A stretch of 63,878 nucleotides of DNA, the filler included, from Octopus bimaculoides (lineage: Eukaryota), in assembly GCF_001194135.2 (NCBI RefSeq). It is 6 parts of 5 records of this genome, joined end to end, with 100 filler letters (N's around TTAATTAATTAA, not from the genome) between each part and the next. Parts side by side here need not be neighbours in the genome. Positions count along the whole stretch, not along the records: positions 1 to 13,073 come from NC_068988.1; 5 more parts are not named here. The stretch is one strand, 5' to 3'. A program made the translations under genes and the position numbers. Below the pieces are notes generated by a model. That model searched no databases and was not told the DNA's origin. It saw only the letters and a program-made list of their open reading frames with translations. Positions 1 to 12,949 of this stretch are shown here, in pieces. Each line of letters starts with the position of its first letter. Position 1 is the first letter of the stretch.

Positions 1-37
<37 letters not shown>

Positions 38-40
38 TAT

Positions 41-205
41 ACGACGGGCTTCTTTCAGTTTCCGTCTACCAAATCCACTCACAAGGCCTTGGTCGGCCCG
101 AAGCTATAGTAGAAGACACTTGCCCAAGGTGCCACGCAGTGGGACTGAACCCAGAACCATGTTGTTCGTAAGCAAGCCACTTACCACACAGCCACTCCTA
201 CGCCT
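41..205 (-). mobile_element. tRNA-derived SINE head (octopus OR2/CORE-like family)
   Basis: Minus strand reads AGGCGTAGGAGTGGCTGTGTGG (A box)...GGTTCAGTCCC (B box)...CCTTGGGCAAGTG (CORE-like motif) and runs directly into (AT)n. Copies also lie at 1804-1910, 13174-13241, 28720-28870, 33121-33213, 40095-40260 and 56273-56437. Confidence 0.85.
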
Positions 206-264
206 ATATGTATGTATGTATGTGTGTATGTATGTATGTATGTATGCATGCATGCATGCATGTA

Positions 265-305
<41 letters not shown>

Positions 306-1354
306 ACAAACAAAACATTGCTTGTGTAACGAGGTACATTATTGCATCATCTGATGAGATGCTTCTGAAATTCCTAACAAAACAGTTTTAAGAAAGTCTT
401 TGAACTTCATTTTGGGGTTATGTGCTGGCCTTTTACGATATTTCAGCTCGTCATACAAAAGTCGCTTAAGAAGTCTTTTATCATTCATACACTAAAATCT
501 TCGTGTATTTACATATTGACACTCGTACATACTATATATAAGCCAGTTTAAGCACTATTGCTGGGCGTAGATCTTTACATTTAATTCCGGCATAGCACAA
601 TAACTCCATACAAATTACACAGACAGATGATAAAATTTGGTAGAGTTACGCAACTGAGGTTCGCCACCCGTTCCTCATTGATCGGATTATAGAGGAAAAT
701 TCAAATTTCATTGTCATATAACTGGAAGCAAGGTAGAGGATGTATTGATTATACAAATATGACCATATATAGAAAGTTGAGTCCTTGGAAATATTTTGCA
801 AGATATTTAATAGTTCTAGATCATTCAAGTTTGAACATTTAGCACAGGAGAACTCCTTTCATATGGATTTTAGTAAATTCCATGGATCATACGAATATTT
901 CCGAAGATTTTTGAAAAAGTAGACATTCAAAATGTTATAAACAATGATATAAAGTAAGAAGAAAGTGAAAGAAATGGTAAATACAAAAATAAATATTAAG
1001 AGATAATGGGAAAAAATTTTAGGATGAAAAATCGAGGATGAAAAAACTTTAAAAATTAGTTAGTTGGGGAAAACTCGATGTGAAGGACCCCCAGTTCTTG
1101 TTGGATCTGCCTTCTAGAACTCGTAAAAAACCCGAAGGACAGTTGGTTTCTGGTCATCTCAAGCTCTGATGTTATAGCCTCTACTGTTATAGATGGTTGC
1201 ACTTAAAAATGGGTTCAGTGCTGTGCAACACTTTATCCACTCAAATAAAATTCCCTCAGACGAACTTCTGAGATTCTGATTCTAAGAAGTGGTCTTACTC
1301 GGTCATGTATCAACTTCCATCGTATATAGACCTATACATACCTACATGTATACA

Positions 1355-1400
<46 letters not shown>

Positions 1401-1429
1401 ATCTTTTGGGGATTGCAGCCGTGTTGGGG

Positions 1430-1910
1430 CACTTCTTTGAAGGATATTAGTCGAACGGATCTACTCCAGTACTTATTATTTTAAGGCCTGGTACTTATCT
1501 TATTGTTATCTTTTGCCGAACTGCTAAGTCACGGTGACCTTAACACACCAACACCAGTTGTCAAGCGGTAGCAGGGGACAACCGCAGACACAGAAATGCA
1601 CACACACACACACACACATACACANNNNNNNNNNNNNNNNNNNNNNNNNNNNNNNNNNNNNNNNNNNNNNNNNNNNNNNNNNNNNNNNNNNNNNNNNNNN
1701 NNNNNNNNNNNNNNNNNNNNNNNNNNNNNNNNNNNNNNNNNNNNNNNNNNNNNNNNNNNNNNNNNNNNNNNNNNNNNNNNNNNNNNNNNNNNNNNNNNNN
1801 NNTTCCGTCGCTAAATCCACTCACAAGGTTTTGGTCAGTCTGGCCAAGGTGTCACGCAGTGGGACCGAATCTGGAATCATGTGATTGAGAAGCAAACTCC
1901 TTACCACACT
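1430..1910 (-). mobile_element. Bipartite SINE copy with internal (CA)n tract and gap
   Basis: Head at 1804-1910 and 3' body at 1430-1590, matching the complete copy at 39838-40260. Confidence 0.7.
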
Positions 1911-1919
1911 ACCAGATAT

Positions 1920-2490
1920 ATGTAGTATGGCCCTGTGCGAAATCCCACGAAAATTACCGCACTGATTCTTTGGCCCCGATTTATTCAAGGAGATTAAAAT
2001 GGCATCAATCCAGTCTTGAGGCACTGTCTCGGTTCTCCAACAGTGACAAATTAATATATTTAAGAGTTCAAACATTTTGTCACCCCCATATTTCAAGACT
2101 TCTGCACAGATTCCATCAGACTCTGGAGACTAATTGTTATTTAGCTTCACAGCAAAATAAATGTCATTTAGAGTTGGTTCAAATGCCATCTCTTCTATAA
2201 CTGGAAGGCGTTCATTTTTTTCTATCGTCCTCGTGTCAACGGATGATGGTCCATTCAAAAGTGCAGAAAAATGTTCTACCCAACGCTTATGAATAGAAGC
2301 GGTGTCAGTCAGAAGAAAACGTCCATTTGCTGTTCTCATTGGAACTACTGAAGAAGATTTTGGGCCATAAGAGAACAAACACTTGGCATCATTTCTATCA
2401 GCTGCTTCTTGTGCCCGTTTTGCACTATGATTCGATCATTCCTGTTTAATTTTCCTTAGAGCAGTCTGCACTTTCCTGCTCTGTGGCTAA
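1920..2490 (-). mobile_element. RTE-clade LINE, inverted 5' segment (linker to RT N-terminus)
   Basis: Minus translations HKRWVEHFSALLN and KYGGDKMFELLNILICHCWRTETVPQDWIDAILISLNKSGPKNQCGNFRGIS are typical RTE linker and RT domain 0/1 sequence. Stops and frameshifts are present. Confidence 0.9.
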
Positions 2491-3280
2491 TTCTAAGGAA
2501 AATAGGTTGCCCAGAAAAATTTGTAAACATGATCAGGGCTTTGCATCAAGATATGAAAGCTAGAGTTAACTTTGGTGATAGGCTCTCTGAAGCTTTTGTT
2601 GTGGAAAATGGAGTAAAGCAAGGAGCCTTTGATGCACCCACTCGCATTGCAATATACTTTGCTGTTGTGTTGTCGCATGATTTTCAAAACTCTGAGGAGG
2701 GTATTTACATAAAATATCGAACAACAGGGAATGTTTAAAATCTGACCAGACTGAAATTCAAAACGAAGATTTTTACTTCACTCATTAGGGAACTTTTGTA
2801 CGCTGACGATTGCGATCTTGTCAGTCATTTTGAAACAGGTCTGCAATCTCTTGTATCTGCAGGCATCACCTCAATTAAAGCTATGATTTTGAGGAAGCAA
2901 TTGAGATGATGTGGCCATATTGTTCGAATGGCAGATGAACGCATGCTGGAACAGCTGTTTTATGGTGAGCTTGCAAATGGGAAACGCTATCGGTGTTAAC
3001 CTAAAAAGAGGTTTAAAGACAGTATAAGGACTAATGTGAAGCTATTTGGAATGGTTCCAGAAGATAAAGAAACCCTTGCTTCGGATCGAGTTGGATGGCG
3101 AACAAAGTGTTGAGTGGAGTGAAAGCATTTGAAGAGGCTGGGATAACTCAAGTAAGACTCAAAAGAGATCTAAGGAAGATTGTAACGATCGAGAAGGTGA
3201 ATGACAATGACCTTTTTGTGTCAGACCATGCCTGTCGTTTGCTGGCCTCAAATCTCATCTGCGAACGCATGGAAAACGAA
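2491..3280 (+). mobile_element. RTE-clade LINE, 3' segment (RT core with YADD, internal deletion, C-terminus)
   Basis: KIGCPEKFVNMIRALHQDMKARV...NGVKQG; LLYADD (YADD at 2799-2810); then a jump to LRKQLR*CGHIVRMADERM...LFYGEL...PKKRFKD. Confidence 0.9.
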
Positions 3281-3478
3281 CCTCCACCAACTATTCTGCC
3301 TATATGTCTGTGCACACCTTTTAATGCAATGTATGCCAGAAGATTTGGAAATCCAGTGGAGGCCTCAAAAGACATTTTAAGATCTACAAAGAGCAGAACT
3401 TATCTGCAGCTCTTGGTGGTTTAAATCGGTTATGCAATTTATGTGGGTGTCTTTTCAAAACATTGTTTGGTTTAAAAA

Positions 3479-4406
3479 GCCACATCAGATGCCATGATGG
3501 TGCTAAGGTATAAGTACAGGAGATGGTCAAACTCTGCATAAGGAGTAGATNNNNNNNNNNNNNNNNNNNNNNNNNNNNNNNNNNNNNNNNNNNNNNNNNN
3601 NNNNNNNNNNNNNNNNNNNNNNNNNNNNNNNNNNNNNNNNNNNNNNNNNNNNNNNNNNNNNNNNNNNNNNNNNNNNNNNNNNNNNNNNNNNNNNNNNNNN
3701 NNNNNNNNNNNNNNNNNNNNNNNNNNNNNNNNNNNNNNNNNNNNNNNNNNNNNNNNNNNNNNNNNNNNNNNNNNNNNNNNNNNNNNNNNNNNNNNNNNNN
3801 NNNNNNNNNNNNNNNNNNNNNNNNNNNNNNNNNNNNNNNNNNNNNNNNNNNNNNNNNNNNNNNNNNNNNNNNNNNNNNNNNNNNNNNNNNNNNNNNNNNN
3901 NNNNNNNNNNNNNNNNNNNNNNNNNNNNNNNNNNNNNNNNNNNNNNNNNNNNNNNNNNNNNNNNNNNNNNNNNNNNNNNNNNNNNNNNNNNNNNNNNNNN
4001 NNNNNNNNNNNNCCATCAATTTCAGTCAAATTTAGTTAATATATACTCAAACTGTCTTAATACAACATAAATGGAGAAAACTTCAGGTCAACAAACAAAT
4101 GAATTGGACCACATCTGTAGTTTATTATTTAATACAAGACATGACATAACATTTATGTGACATAACAATTCTTGCGGCCGTTTCCGCTTCTGTTGTCAGT
4201 CAGTGCCTAAGAAAGAATTGCGAAAATAATATTCTTCATCTTCATAGGATATTCGAACTAGAACATGGAGCTTCATCAGAGTGAATACAAAAGCGTCCAA
4301 AAAATAAACAAAAGGAAGACGGAATAAGAAAGAAAACATGACCGAGAGAAGAAGTCTGGGGGCTTAATATATTAAAATCATACAATCTTCCATTATAGGG
4401 CTTCGA
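3479..4406 (-). repeat. Inverted pseudo-LTR of PLE-1
   Basis: 3479-3549 is the reverse complement of 8173-8243 (1 mismatch in 71). About 4015-4146 matches about 7822-7957, about 4273-4406 matches about 7685-7822, and about 4070-4180 matches 8242-8352. Confidence 0.8.
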
Positions 4407-5856
4407 GACGTTAATTGTAATTTAAATACAGGTTTACATCAACCTTATATGAAACCTAACTCTAATTTAAAGTATATGAACTATCACAGTAACCATCCAC
4501 AATCAGTAAAAAGGGCTCTAATAAAAGGCATTAGCAAAAGGATTTCCTACCTCTCCTCTAACGAGGGCATATTTAATAGTCATAAGGATAAGTATGATAA
4601 GGCACTTATAGATTCAGGCTATAGAGGTAGAATCAAATATATCCCACACGAGCATGCAATGAATAGAAGTAATAACGACTATATAAACAGCAACATGGCC
4701 ATACACCAAAGCGATATAATAAAGTACGGGGAACTACATCTAATGACATTAATAGGATTAGATTTAGCAACAATATGAGTAACTATAAAAATAACAGTAA
4801 CGCAACGGGTAGAACAACGAGGGTAAATGGCCGATGGATAAATAATGCTAATAAACACACTAACCATGAGGAATACAGTAAAAAAAAATTATAGTAGCAA
4901 ATCTATATACTTCCGGCGTAAACCTAGTCATAGCACCACTAATGGTGGTATAAATGAGCAGAGTATTGATAATGAAACTTATGGTATTATACGTATACAC
5001 CATATAAAACACCCTAACAATTGGAAACATGTGTCACCCGTTGAGACTACTGGTAAATCAGGAGACATGATCTGATGTATACTCCCATTTGCAATGCAAA
5101 TAAGGACCGATTTAGCTAAGCAAATATTTCACGTTATAAATAAGCACTTTGATAAGAATAATAGGTATTCAGAACTTATAGATAGTAGAACAATAAGGAT
5201 AGGTTATAGTCTTACACATAACTTAGTGAGCATTATATCCTCCCTGAATAATAAAAAATTAGATACTTTCTACTTAAATAGAAGCAGCAATAGCAACGAC
5301 GGTGGTAATAAAGATAAAAACAATAAACACTAACCCAATCTTAGTAAAGGATACACTCAGAACCAGAATAACCCTATCAATCTCAATAGACCTAGCCCTA
5401 CCCCACTAGAAAGCAATTCCCACTACAGTACAATCTATGCGACTGTAGCAATAGGAATAATTGTGCCTTCGGAAATACTTGTAGAATTAAGGACGCAATT
5501 TACCAATGCATAGTCACAACACAGTTTAGTAAAATGAGTTAAATAGGAGCTACCCAAAATGAGATGAAACATAGACTAGCCACGCATCAATATTCTTTTA
5601 GAAATAGGAACATAATTAACTCGATTGGATTAGGTAAGTCTATTTGGGAACTCAAAGATAGTGATATTAGCTTCATATTAGAATGGGAGATCCTCGCTAC
5701 TGCACCTTCCTATAACGAAAAAATAGGAAATGTTATCTTTGCATTAATGACATTTCTTTCATTCTAACAGCACAAAACCCACTATTGAATTCAAGAGAGG
5801 AGAGAAGTGAAGCTTGCCTGCACAAAGGGAGGTCAACTTTCAATAAATATAAGTAA
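4407..5856 (+). mobile_element. PLE-1: 5'-truncated Penelope-like element (RT thumb + Cys linker + GIY-YIG), decayed
   Basis: DVNCNLNTGLHQPYMKPN...YHSNHPQSVKRALIKGISKRISYLSSNE; INKHF...TIRIGYS; CDCSNRNNCAFGNTC...AIYQCIV...*IGAT...KHRLATHQYSF...IWELKD...LEWEIL. Confidence 0.9.
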
Positions 5857-6615
5857 CATTGGAAACCCTTATACTACCCTATAACAATACCAATAACCCC
5901 ACAACCGCACACCATGAAAATAGTAGCCCTTGATTGTAATTTGAAGGGTATACATTTACTCCTTAATTAAAGTTAGTTTGCTAGTAGCAATACCGGGGCT
6001 CTTGCAGATATTCATTTAAATACCCCTCTTCTTTTACCCAAATTCTGAGTTTAGGTCCTACNNNNNNNNNNNNNNNNNNNNNNNNNNNNNNNNNNNNNNN
6101 ACCCACCCACCCATATCAACCACCTACATCTTATGCCAATTAAGCCATTTCTCTTTAATATAACCAACTAACTCCTTAAATAATGTCCGATATTTCATTC
6201 ATGAAGTTATTTGAGAACACAGAGGATACATGTATTCGACCACAATATTATAACCCTTAATAACTATTTCAATTTCAAATTTTTATTTTAAATTTTAAAA
6301 TTTTAACTTTATTTCGTTTTATTTTATCCTCCAGTACCTTTTATACCATGGATATGTTTGTTGGTACTTGCAGTAATCTGGACTTAATTCTCTACCAACT
6401 TATTGGTCTTCCTCCACTTAAAATAGACCTTAATAGCCCTACCCACTTAGGAACAACATTACCCCGCCCCCACTGTAGGATTTATTTTATCTTAGTGTAC
6501 TCAATGTTACCTTCCACCACTTTACATTGTATAGGTATGCACTTGGACACTACAGTAGTTGTACTTACCAGGTGATATTTGTAAGATTTGGGTTTACTAT
6601 GTAGGATTGAAAGTG

Positions 6616-6945
6616 TAATTTGTTGGTGGAACTAGTATGAATACACCCACTTAGGGTCAATATAATTTTTAAATTATTAAATTTAATGATATGAACAATC
6701 TAACTTTTAGGATAACGTAATGCATATTAAGTATATTTAGTAAACTGTTTGAACATGAGAATTGTATTCATGATACTAATTTGTTGGTGGACATAGTATG
6801 ACTGCACCCGCGTAAGGGTAACTATAACTTTTAGATTATAAAATTTAATGATATGAACAATCTAACTTTTAGGATAATGTAATGCATACTAAGTATACTT
6901 AGTAAACTGTTTGAACATGGGAATTATAATTATGGTACTAATTAA
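6616..6945. repeat. About 161-bp tandem duplication (2 copies) in the PLE-1 3' region
   Basis: TAATTTGTTGGTGGA occurs at 6616 and 6777; ATTTAATGATATGAACAATC at 6681 and 6843. Confidence 0.85.
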
Positions 6946-7684
6946 GATGTGATTTGGTCTTAAATCTTAATCGCTTAAATGTTAATTGTTAGTGGTTTTG
7001 TGATTTTGCCTTGTCGTGTACTTATAAGATGGAATTTTCTTAGGTACGTGTACACATTTACTTGTTTGTCCATTATTATCACCACGCGAATTCTATTTGC
7101 TATCTAGGATGAAAAATCCAACATCATTTTAGCATTTTTTAATATATACTTATGTAATATCTGTACTAGTTGTCTCTCCTTAACTATAAAAAGTGTATTT
7201 ATTTACTCTTATTTATGATATGTCAAGGAGCTGCAGAAGACCATAAACGGCCTCGTATCACTAATATCATAATCTTCTCCCCCGCACCCTTTATTTATTT
7301 ACTTATTTTTCTTTTTTATTTACATATCCATTGAAACGGTTTTAACTTTTGCCCTTGGTTCAAATATAATTGACCATTTGTAGAGATGGATACACTTCGG
7401 TCTGTCCCATTGCGACAACAGGTGTTGCTCTCTGTAATATTTCCGTAAGTACACTATCATAAGAACCCTACGGTATTGCTTTGGATAAATATCAGCTAGC
7501 GATATTTACGTTAACATTGGTATTATTCTCTTTATAGACATGTTAGTAATTTTCTTGTATATATATTTTTTTCGTTTGCTAACTTCTTTTCACAACTTTT
7601 AAAACATCTTGGTTCTCCCTTTATATGGAAATACCCCGAAATAATGTTTTCCCTAAACCGTTGCTAGATCACTCTTTTGCCTAC

Positions 7685-8129
7685 TGACTTCGAAGCCCTA
7701 TGATGGAAGACGGTATGATTTTAATATATTAGGCCCCCAGACTCCTTCTCTAGGTCATGTTTTCTTTCCTATTCCCTCTCCCATTTGTTTATTCTTTGGA
7801 CGCTTTTGTATTCACTTTGATGTCATGTTTTGTATTAAATAATAAACTACAGATGTGGTCCAATTCATTTGTTTGTTGATCTGAAGTTTTCTCCATTTAT
7901 GTTGTGTTAAGACAGTTTGAGTAGATATTAACTAAATTTGACTGAAATTGATCGGTGAGCGTTTGGCCAATCAGATTCGCAAGGATCCATGAAAGCATCG
8001 ATTTGTAAGTTCGATTCAGCCTGCAGTTAGCTCATCCTTTTTCGGTCATTTGTTTATATTTAAAAATTGTCGCTTCAAAATCGGAGAATAAATATCATTA
8101 TGACATATATTATATGCAGCTATTATACA

Positions 8130-8166
<37 letters not shown>

Positions 8167-8352
8167 TGGTTGTCTACTCCTTATGCAGAGTTTGACCATC
8201 TCCTGTACCTATACCTTAGCACCATCATGGCATCTGATGTGGCCGTAAGAATTGTAATGTCACATACATGTTTTGTCATATTTTGTATTAAATAATAAGC
8301 TACAGATGTGGTCCAATTCATTTGTTTGTTGATTTGAAGTTTTCTCCATTTT
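7685..8352 (+). repeat. 3' pseudo-LTR of PLE-1 with partial extra copy
   Basis: Reverse-complement matches to 3479-4406 as listed for the inverted pseudo-LTR; interrupted by (AT)n. Confidence 0.75.
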
Positions 8353-8532
8353 CTGGTTATTTATATTTGATTCATGATAAACTTTTGTTCGTTCTGTTGT
8401 TACCTGTACTCTACGAACATTGTGTACCTGCATACCCATGGCCAGAGATAACACGGGTAACTGATACCGATAGTATATACGGATATTTTATCTCTTAGTC
8501 GGTTACTGTAACCGCTAACTCTGCTCACCTTT

Positions 8533-8583
<51 letters not shown>

Positions 8584-8594
8584 TTATGTATGTA

Positions 8595-8625
<31 letters not shown>

Positions 8626-8639
8626 ATGTATGTGTGCAT

Positions 8640-11600
8640 GAAAATTTCTTAACATAAGAAAACAAAATTTCTTGAAGGCATATAAATGTGAAAAATATGC
8701 CAAACCGCATTCGAAATGGATTTCTGTTGCGGCACCCATACTTCCTCGGAAGTATCTAATTAAAGGAGTTTTAGGAGAACCAGAGGAGGAAACAAAACTT
8801 CGATAGGAGTTTGCTTTGACAAAATTCAAGGCCGACATCTCCATTACCCTGTGTAAACAATCCCGTTACAAAGCCAAAAACGAAACTATCGATGGTCAAA
8901 TTGGAGACGAAATATCAAAACTAACGACTGGCAATATATCAGAAAAATGCGAGAACTATGGGTCAGAGGTATCTCAAAAGAAGAAAGCAGATCAAGAAAG
9001 TTATGGCAACAGAAACAATTATTTCTCGACAAATATGGTACCAATTACGGTAAAGACTCTAGAACTCTGAGAAATAACATTAAAAGTGGATAATCTCACC
9101 AACATAACATATGCCAGAACACGTGGCAATATGAACACTCGTTTCACTGTGAATTGAAGATGAACTCCGGTAAGAACACTTCCATTTTTGTACGCAAACA
9201 CCCTAATGCACACAATATGAACAAAAAGCATAAACAAAATAGATATTCCTTTGGTCGGACCATTAGGAGTAGAAATAATAGGAGATCGTTTTCAAGACCA
9301 AGACAACCTACAAGAAGCTGAGCAAAAAACCGATCTAGACCTCGAAGTAAACCTAGATCATTCCCTTAGGTTGTTAAAAAGAATACTAACAAGAAATTGA
9401 AAAATAATATGTATAATACTAGAAAGAGGAGAGAAAACATAACGAAACCAAGTAAAATACTACAACCAAAACGCTAAGTCCATCAAGCAAACATCAACAG
9501 GAGCATAAGTCATAAACAGAGAAAGTTCCATTTTTTAACATCAGGACAAAAACACCGGAGAAAGAAAAAATCCAAGAGGAAACATACCCAAAACAACTAA
9601 ACATATAGATCTTAAAATCATTAATTTATTCAAAAGCGATCTTGACAATGATGAAATCCAACTTCTATCAAAAGGACTGAAATTTACACTTACACTAACA
9701 GTCAACCACCAAGAACTAAAGGAGGATATCCAAAACTTCTGTCGTAAGTTCCGACTTGTAGAATTCGTCACTAATAAAAGTAATGAGATTGATGAATCCC
9801 CAGTAAAAAATAAATCAAATTTCACCCCACCAAAAGGAAGAAATAACTATCTCTACCAATATATTGATATCGTGTCAAAGTTTCCCCTTAGACGCAATAC
9901 CAATGTTAGGCCAAACATTAACAAATCCGAAATGTCTGCTCTTAAACGTATATAAAACGATCAAAAAATAATTAAATTAAAGAAGTAGATAAAGGGGGTG
10001 CAATTGTTATTATGGATGCAGAATACTATAAGGATGTAGTTGAGGACCAACTGAAGGACACGACCTTCTATTGTGAAATTCCTACAAATATAAACCACTA
10101 CACCATGAAGAAGATTAACAACCTTGTTTCAAAACACCACAACTCACTGACCGATAATGAAAGAGACTACATCACCAATTTCGAGCTAAAACCCAGCAAC
10201 TTCTACGGCTTACCGAAAATACGTAAATCAAAAGATATTCAGCATGCAGTAAAAGAACAAGAAAATATGTACATAAAATTATTGCATCTAAAAGACTTAA
10301 AACTTAGATCTATTGTAGCTGGTCCAGCATGCCCTACCCATCGTCTAAGCAATTTTATTGACATTGTTTTGAAACCACTATGTACCTACATACCCATTTT
10401 CATCCGGGATGACATCGACTTACTCTCTCTTCTTCCCAAAACAACTGAAACAAATTCACTTCTACTTATTTTTGATGTCGTAAGCCTTTACACCAATATT
10501 CCACATGATTTAGGAATAAAGGCGATTAGATACTGGACAGAAAAACATAAAGAAGTGATCCCCAACAGATTCACAGATCCATTTATATTAGACACAGTCA
10601 AACTTATTCTGGAAAAGAGCGCATTCTTCTTCAATGAAAAGAGTTACATCCACGGCGATGAGAATGAGGATTGCTCCCGTTTACGCGAACTCTGTAATAG
10701 GATATCTAGGACAACAACTCTACCAAGAAGTAGAGAAAAACTGTAGCACTGGATTTAGAAATTATATTGAAAAAGCATGGAAGTGATACCTTGATGATTG
10801 TTTCATAATCTGGACAGAATCTCTAAATACTCTGGAAGAGTTCAATATCCCCCTGAACAACCTACACCCATCTCTCTAATTTACAAAAGAGATGAGTAGT
10901 ACCAAATTACCATTCCTAAATATAATGGTAATTAAAAAGGACACCACCATTACCACAGATATATACTGCAAACACACGAACACACATCAGTACCTGAATT
11001 TTAGGTCGTGCCATCCACATCATACAAAATGCAACATCCCATACTGCCTAGCCAGAAGAATTTGTACCTTTGTAGAAGATGCAAGTATCAGGAACAAACG
11101 TCCAACGGAACTAGGAGAATTTTTGCTCAAACAAAATACCCATCTCTACTTATAGAAAATGGCATATAGCAGGCTATAAAAAATACCCATACAACAACTG
11201 AGGACAACCCAAAGAGGATGAAAACAGGAACAAGTCATACCATAAATAGTGACACATAACCCATGTCACCAGAATATCTTCAACATCGCCAAAGCAAACC
11301 TACAAATCATTGCTCAAAGTAATGAATTAAAAGATATTATCACAGATCGAGCTGTTCTTTGTAAAAGCCAGCCAAAAAGACTTGAAAAATTATTAACAAT
11401 GGCAAGTTTGATCTTAACAACAAAGACCAATCATTCACTATATCTAAATGTAATGATTGCCGATGTGGCACATGCCAATTCATACATACCGGGGAATATA
11501 TGAGCACAAACGCTGGAAAAATATTCACAAACGCAAATATGAACTGTAAAAGCAGAAAATGATTTTACTGCATCAAATCCCCGATTGTAAAGAACTATAT

Positions 11601-11820
11601 GTAGTTCAGATTGGAAATGCACAATCAGAACGTTCATGTGTGCACGGACAGCAAATTAGAGACTCGGATGTCCGTCAGATACCTTTGACTAACCATTTAG
11701 CAACATGCAGTCGGAAAATATTTGTAAAATTTCCGTTTTACAAATTACTCAGTCCAAATGAAATTGAGAGAAAAATCAGAGAAAAGAACTTAATTAATAA
11801 ATTCCAATCCAAGCTAGAGG
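8640..11820 (+). mobile_element. PLE-2: near full-length Neptune-type Penelope-like element ORF (N-term, RT, Cys linker, GIY-YIG), frameshifted
   Basis: DKGGAIVIMD...FYGLPKIRKS...LRSIVAGP...FDVVSLYTNIP; WK*YLDDCFIIW; HQYLNFRSCHPHHTK; linker KCNDCRCGTC; CKELYVVQIGN...ERSCVHGQQI...REKNLINKFQSKL. Confidence 0.93.
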
Positions 11821-12326
11821 TACTATTTCTACTGTTACGACCACTACCACTAACAACAACAATACTAAAGGTGCTCATGATGACGATAGAAGGAAAATAC
11901 TAGCTAAGTCAAGAGAAAAGTCAGTAAAAATAATCTTATTTGGGGGTTTAAAGTTCTATTACCACAGTTAATCCTACCACCACCACCACCACCTGTTAAC
12001 AACAATAATAAAGGAGATGATAATGGTGATGATGATAATTGAAATGTAAAAATCCCAGGGAAATGTTTACATTTCTAAAAATAGCCCAACAATTACTGCT
12101 TTGGCCAGGGTCACAATACGGGTCTCTTGATATGTTCAACAGACCATGACGCCTAAACCAAACATCAATCAACTTAAATAATTTAGTAAAATCACACACC
12201 GACTGATCAGAATATAGCTTGCAAAAATTAACATTCTTGAGTCTATATAAATGTATTTAAGGCACACAGTTTAGCCATCTAATTACAGTTGCAAATTGTA
12301 AAATATAACTGTCACCACAACTACAC

Positions 12327-12369
12327 GAACCTGAAGATTGCATATCTTAATCTATGAAAGTACTAGATC
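12327..12369 (+). ncRNA. Decayed minimal type I hammerhead ribozyme in the PLE-2 3' region
   Basis: GAAC-CUGAAGA-U UGCAU..AUCUA U-GAAA-GUAC-UA-GAUC. The core is intact and the stem III loop GUAC is palindromic; stems I and II each carry one mismatch. Confidence 0.5.
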
Positions 12370-12949
12370 AATCAGAATGAACATTTAATATTCTATCATT
12401 TCATTATACTATATTATATTATAATATATTATATTATTATAAGATTGTAAATAAATCGTGAAAATCAAAGTTGGAATGTCTTTGAATATTATATATATAT
12501 TACTTTTTTCATTCTTAATTTTTCATTCATAATTTTTTCATTCATATTTATTTTTATTTCTACGTTTGTAGAAATAAGTATTCTTGTATTTTTCTATTAT
12601 TCAATTGATTTTTAATGATAATTAAATAAACGTTTTTAGTTTTAAATAGTCTAGCTTTAACTATTACACCGGTTAAATATTTACTAATATTATCTTTATT
12701 ATTATTTTACCTTAAACTTCGTTCAAATTGCATTTAAAACGATAATAATTTATGTTAGCTGGTTTTTGTATATAATATACATGTTAGCATATATTATAAT
12801 GGATGTAGGGATGATTATGGAATGTTTATTATTTTGATATTTTTAATAATTTTTCTATCTTTATAAAATAAGTATTTTATATAAATTCATTTGGTACTTA
12901 TTGTTGGTTGATATATATATTTATTTATTATAATTATTGTTCTATTTAC

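Noticed and set aside
351-393. CUGAUGA...AAAACAGUUUUAAGA hammerhead-like remnant
   Set aside because: Spacing resembles the 15369 motif, but GAAA, stem II and stem I are not intact.
1070-1330. Possible very old PLE RT relic (DVIAS...IPSDELLR...RSCINF)
   Set aside because: It requires several frameshifts and no diagnostic motif is intact.
4240-4285. Minus-strand CUGAUGA in the inverted pseudo-LTR of PLE-1
   Set aside because: It is followed by GAAU instead of GAAA and has no stem I complement; at best a dead ribozyme.
7221-7252. CUGCAGA-AGACC...GGCCU-CGUAUC
   Set aside because: It needs at least three core substitutions to be a hammerhead.
10783-10785. In-frame TGA before YLDD in PLE-2 (possible selenocysteine recoding, as reported for some Naiad PLEs)
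   Set aside because: It sits at the Arg of WKRYLDD, so CGA to TGA deamination explains it. The ORF has many other stops and frameshifts.
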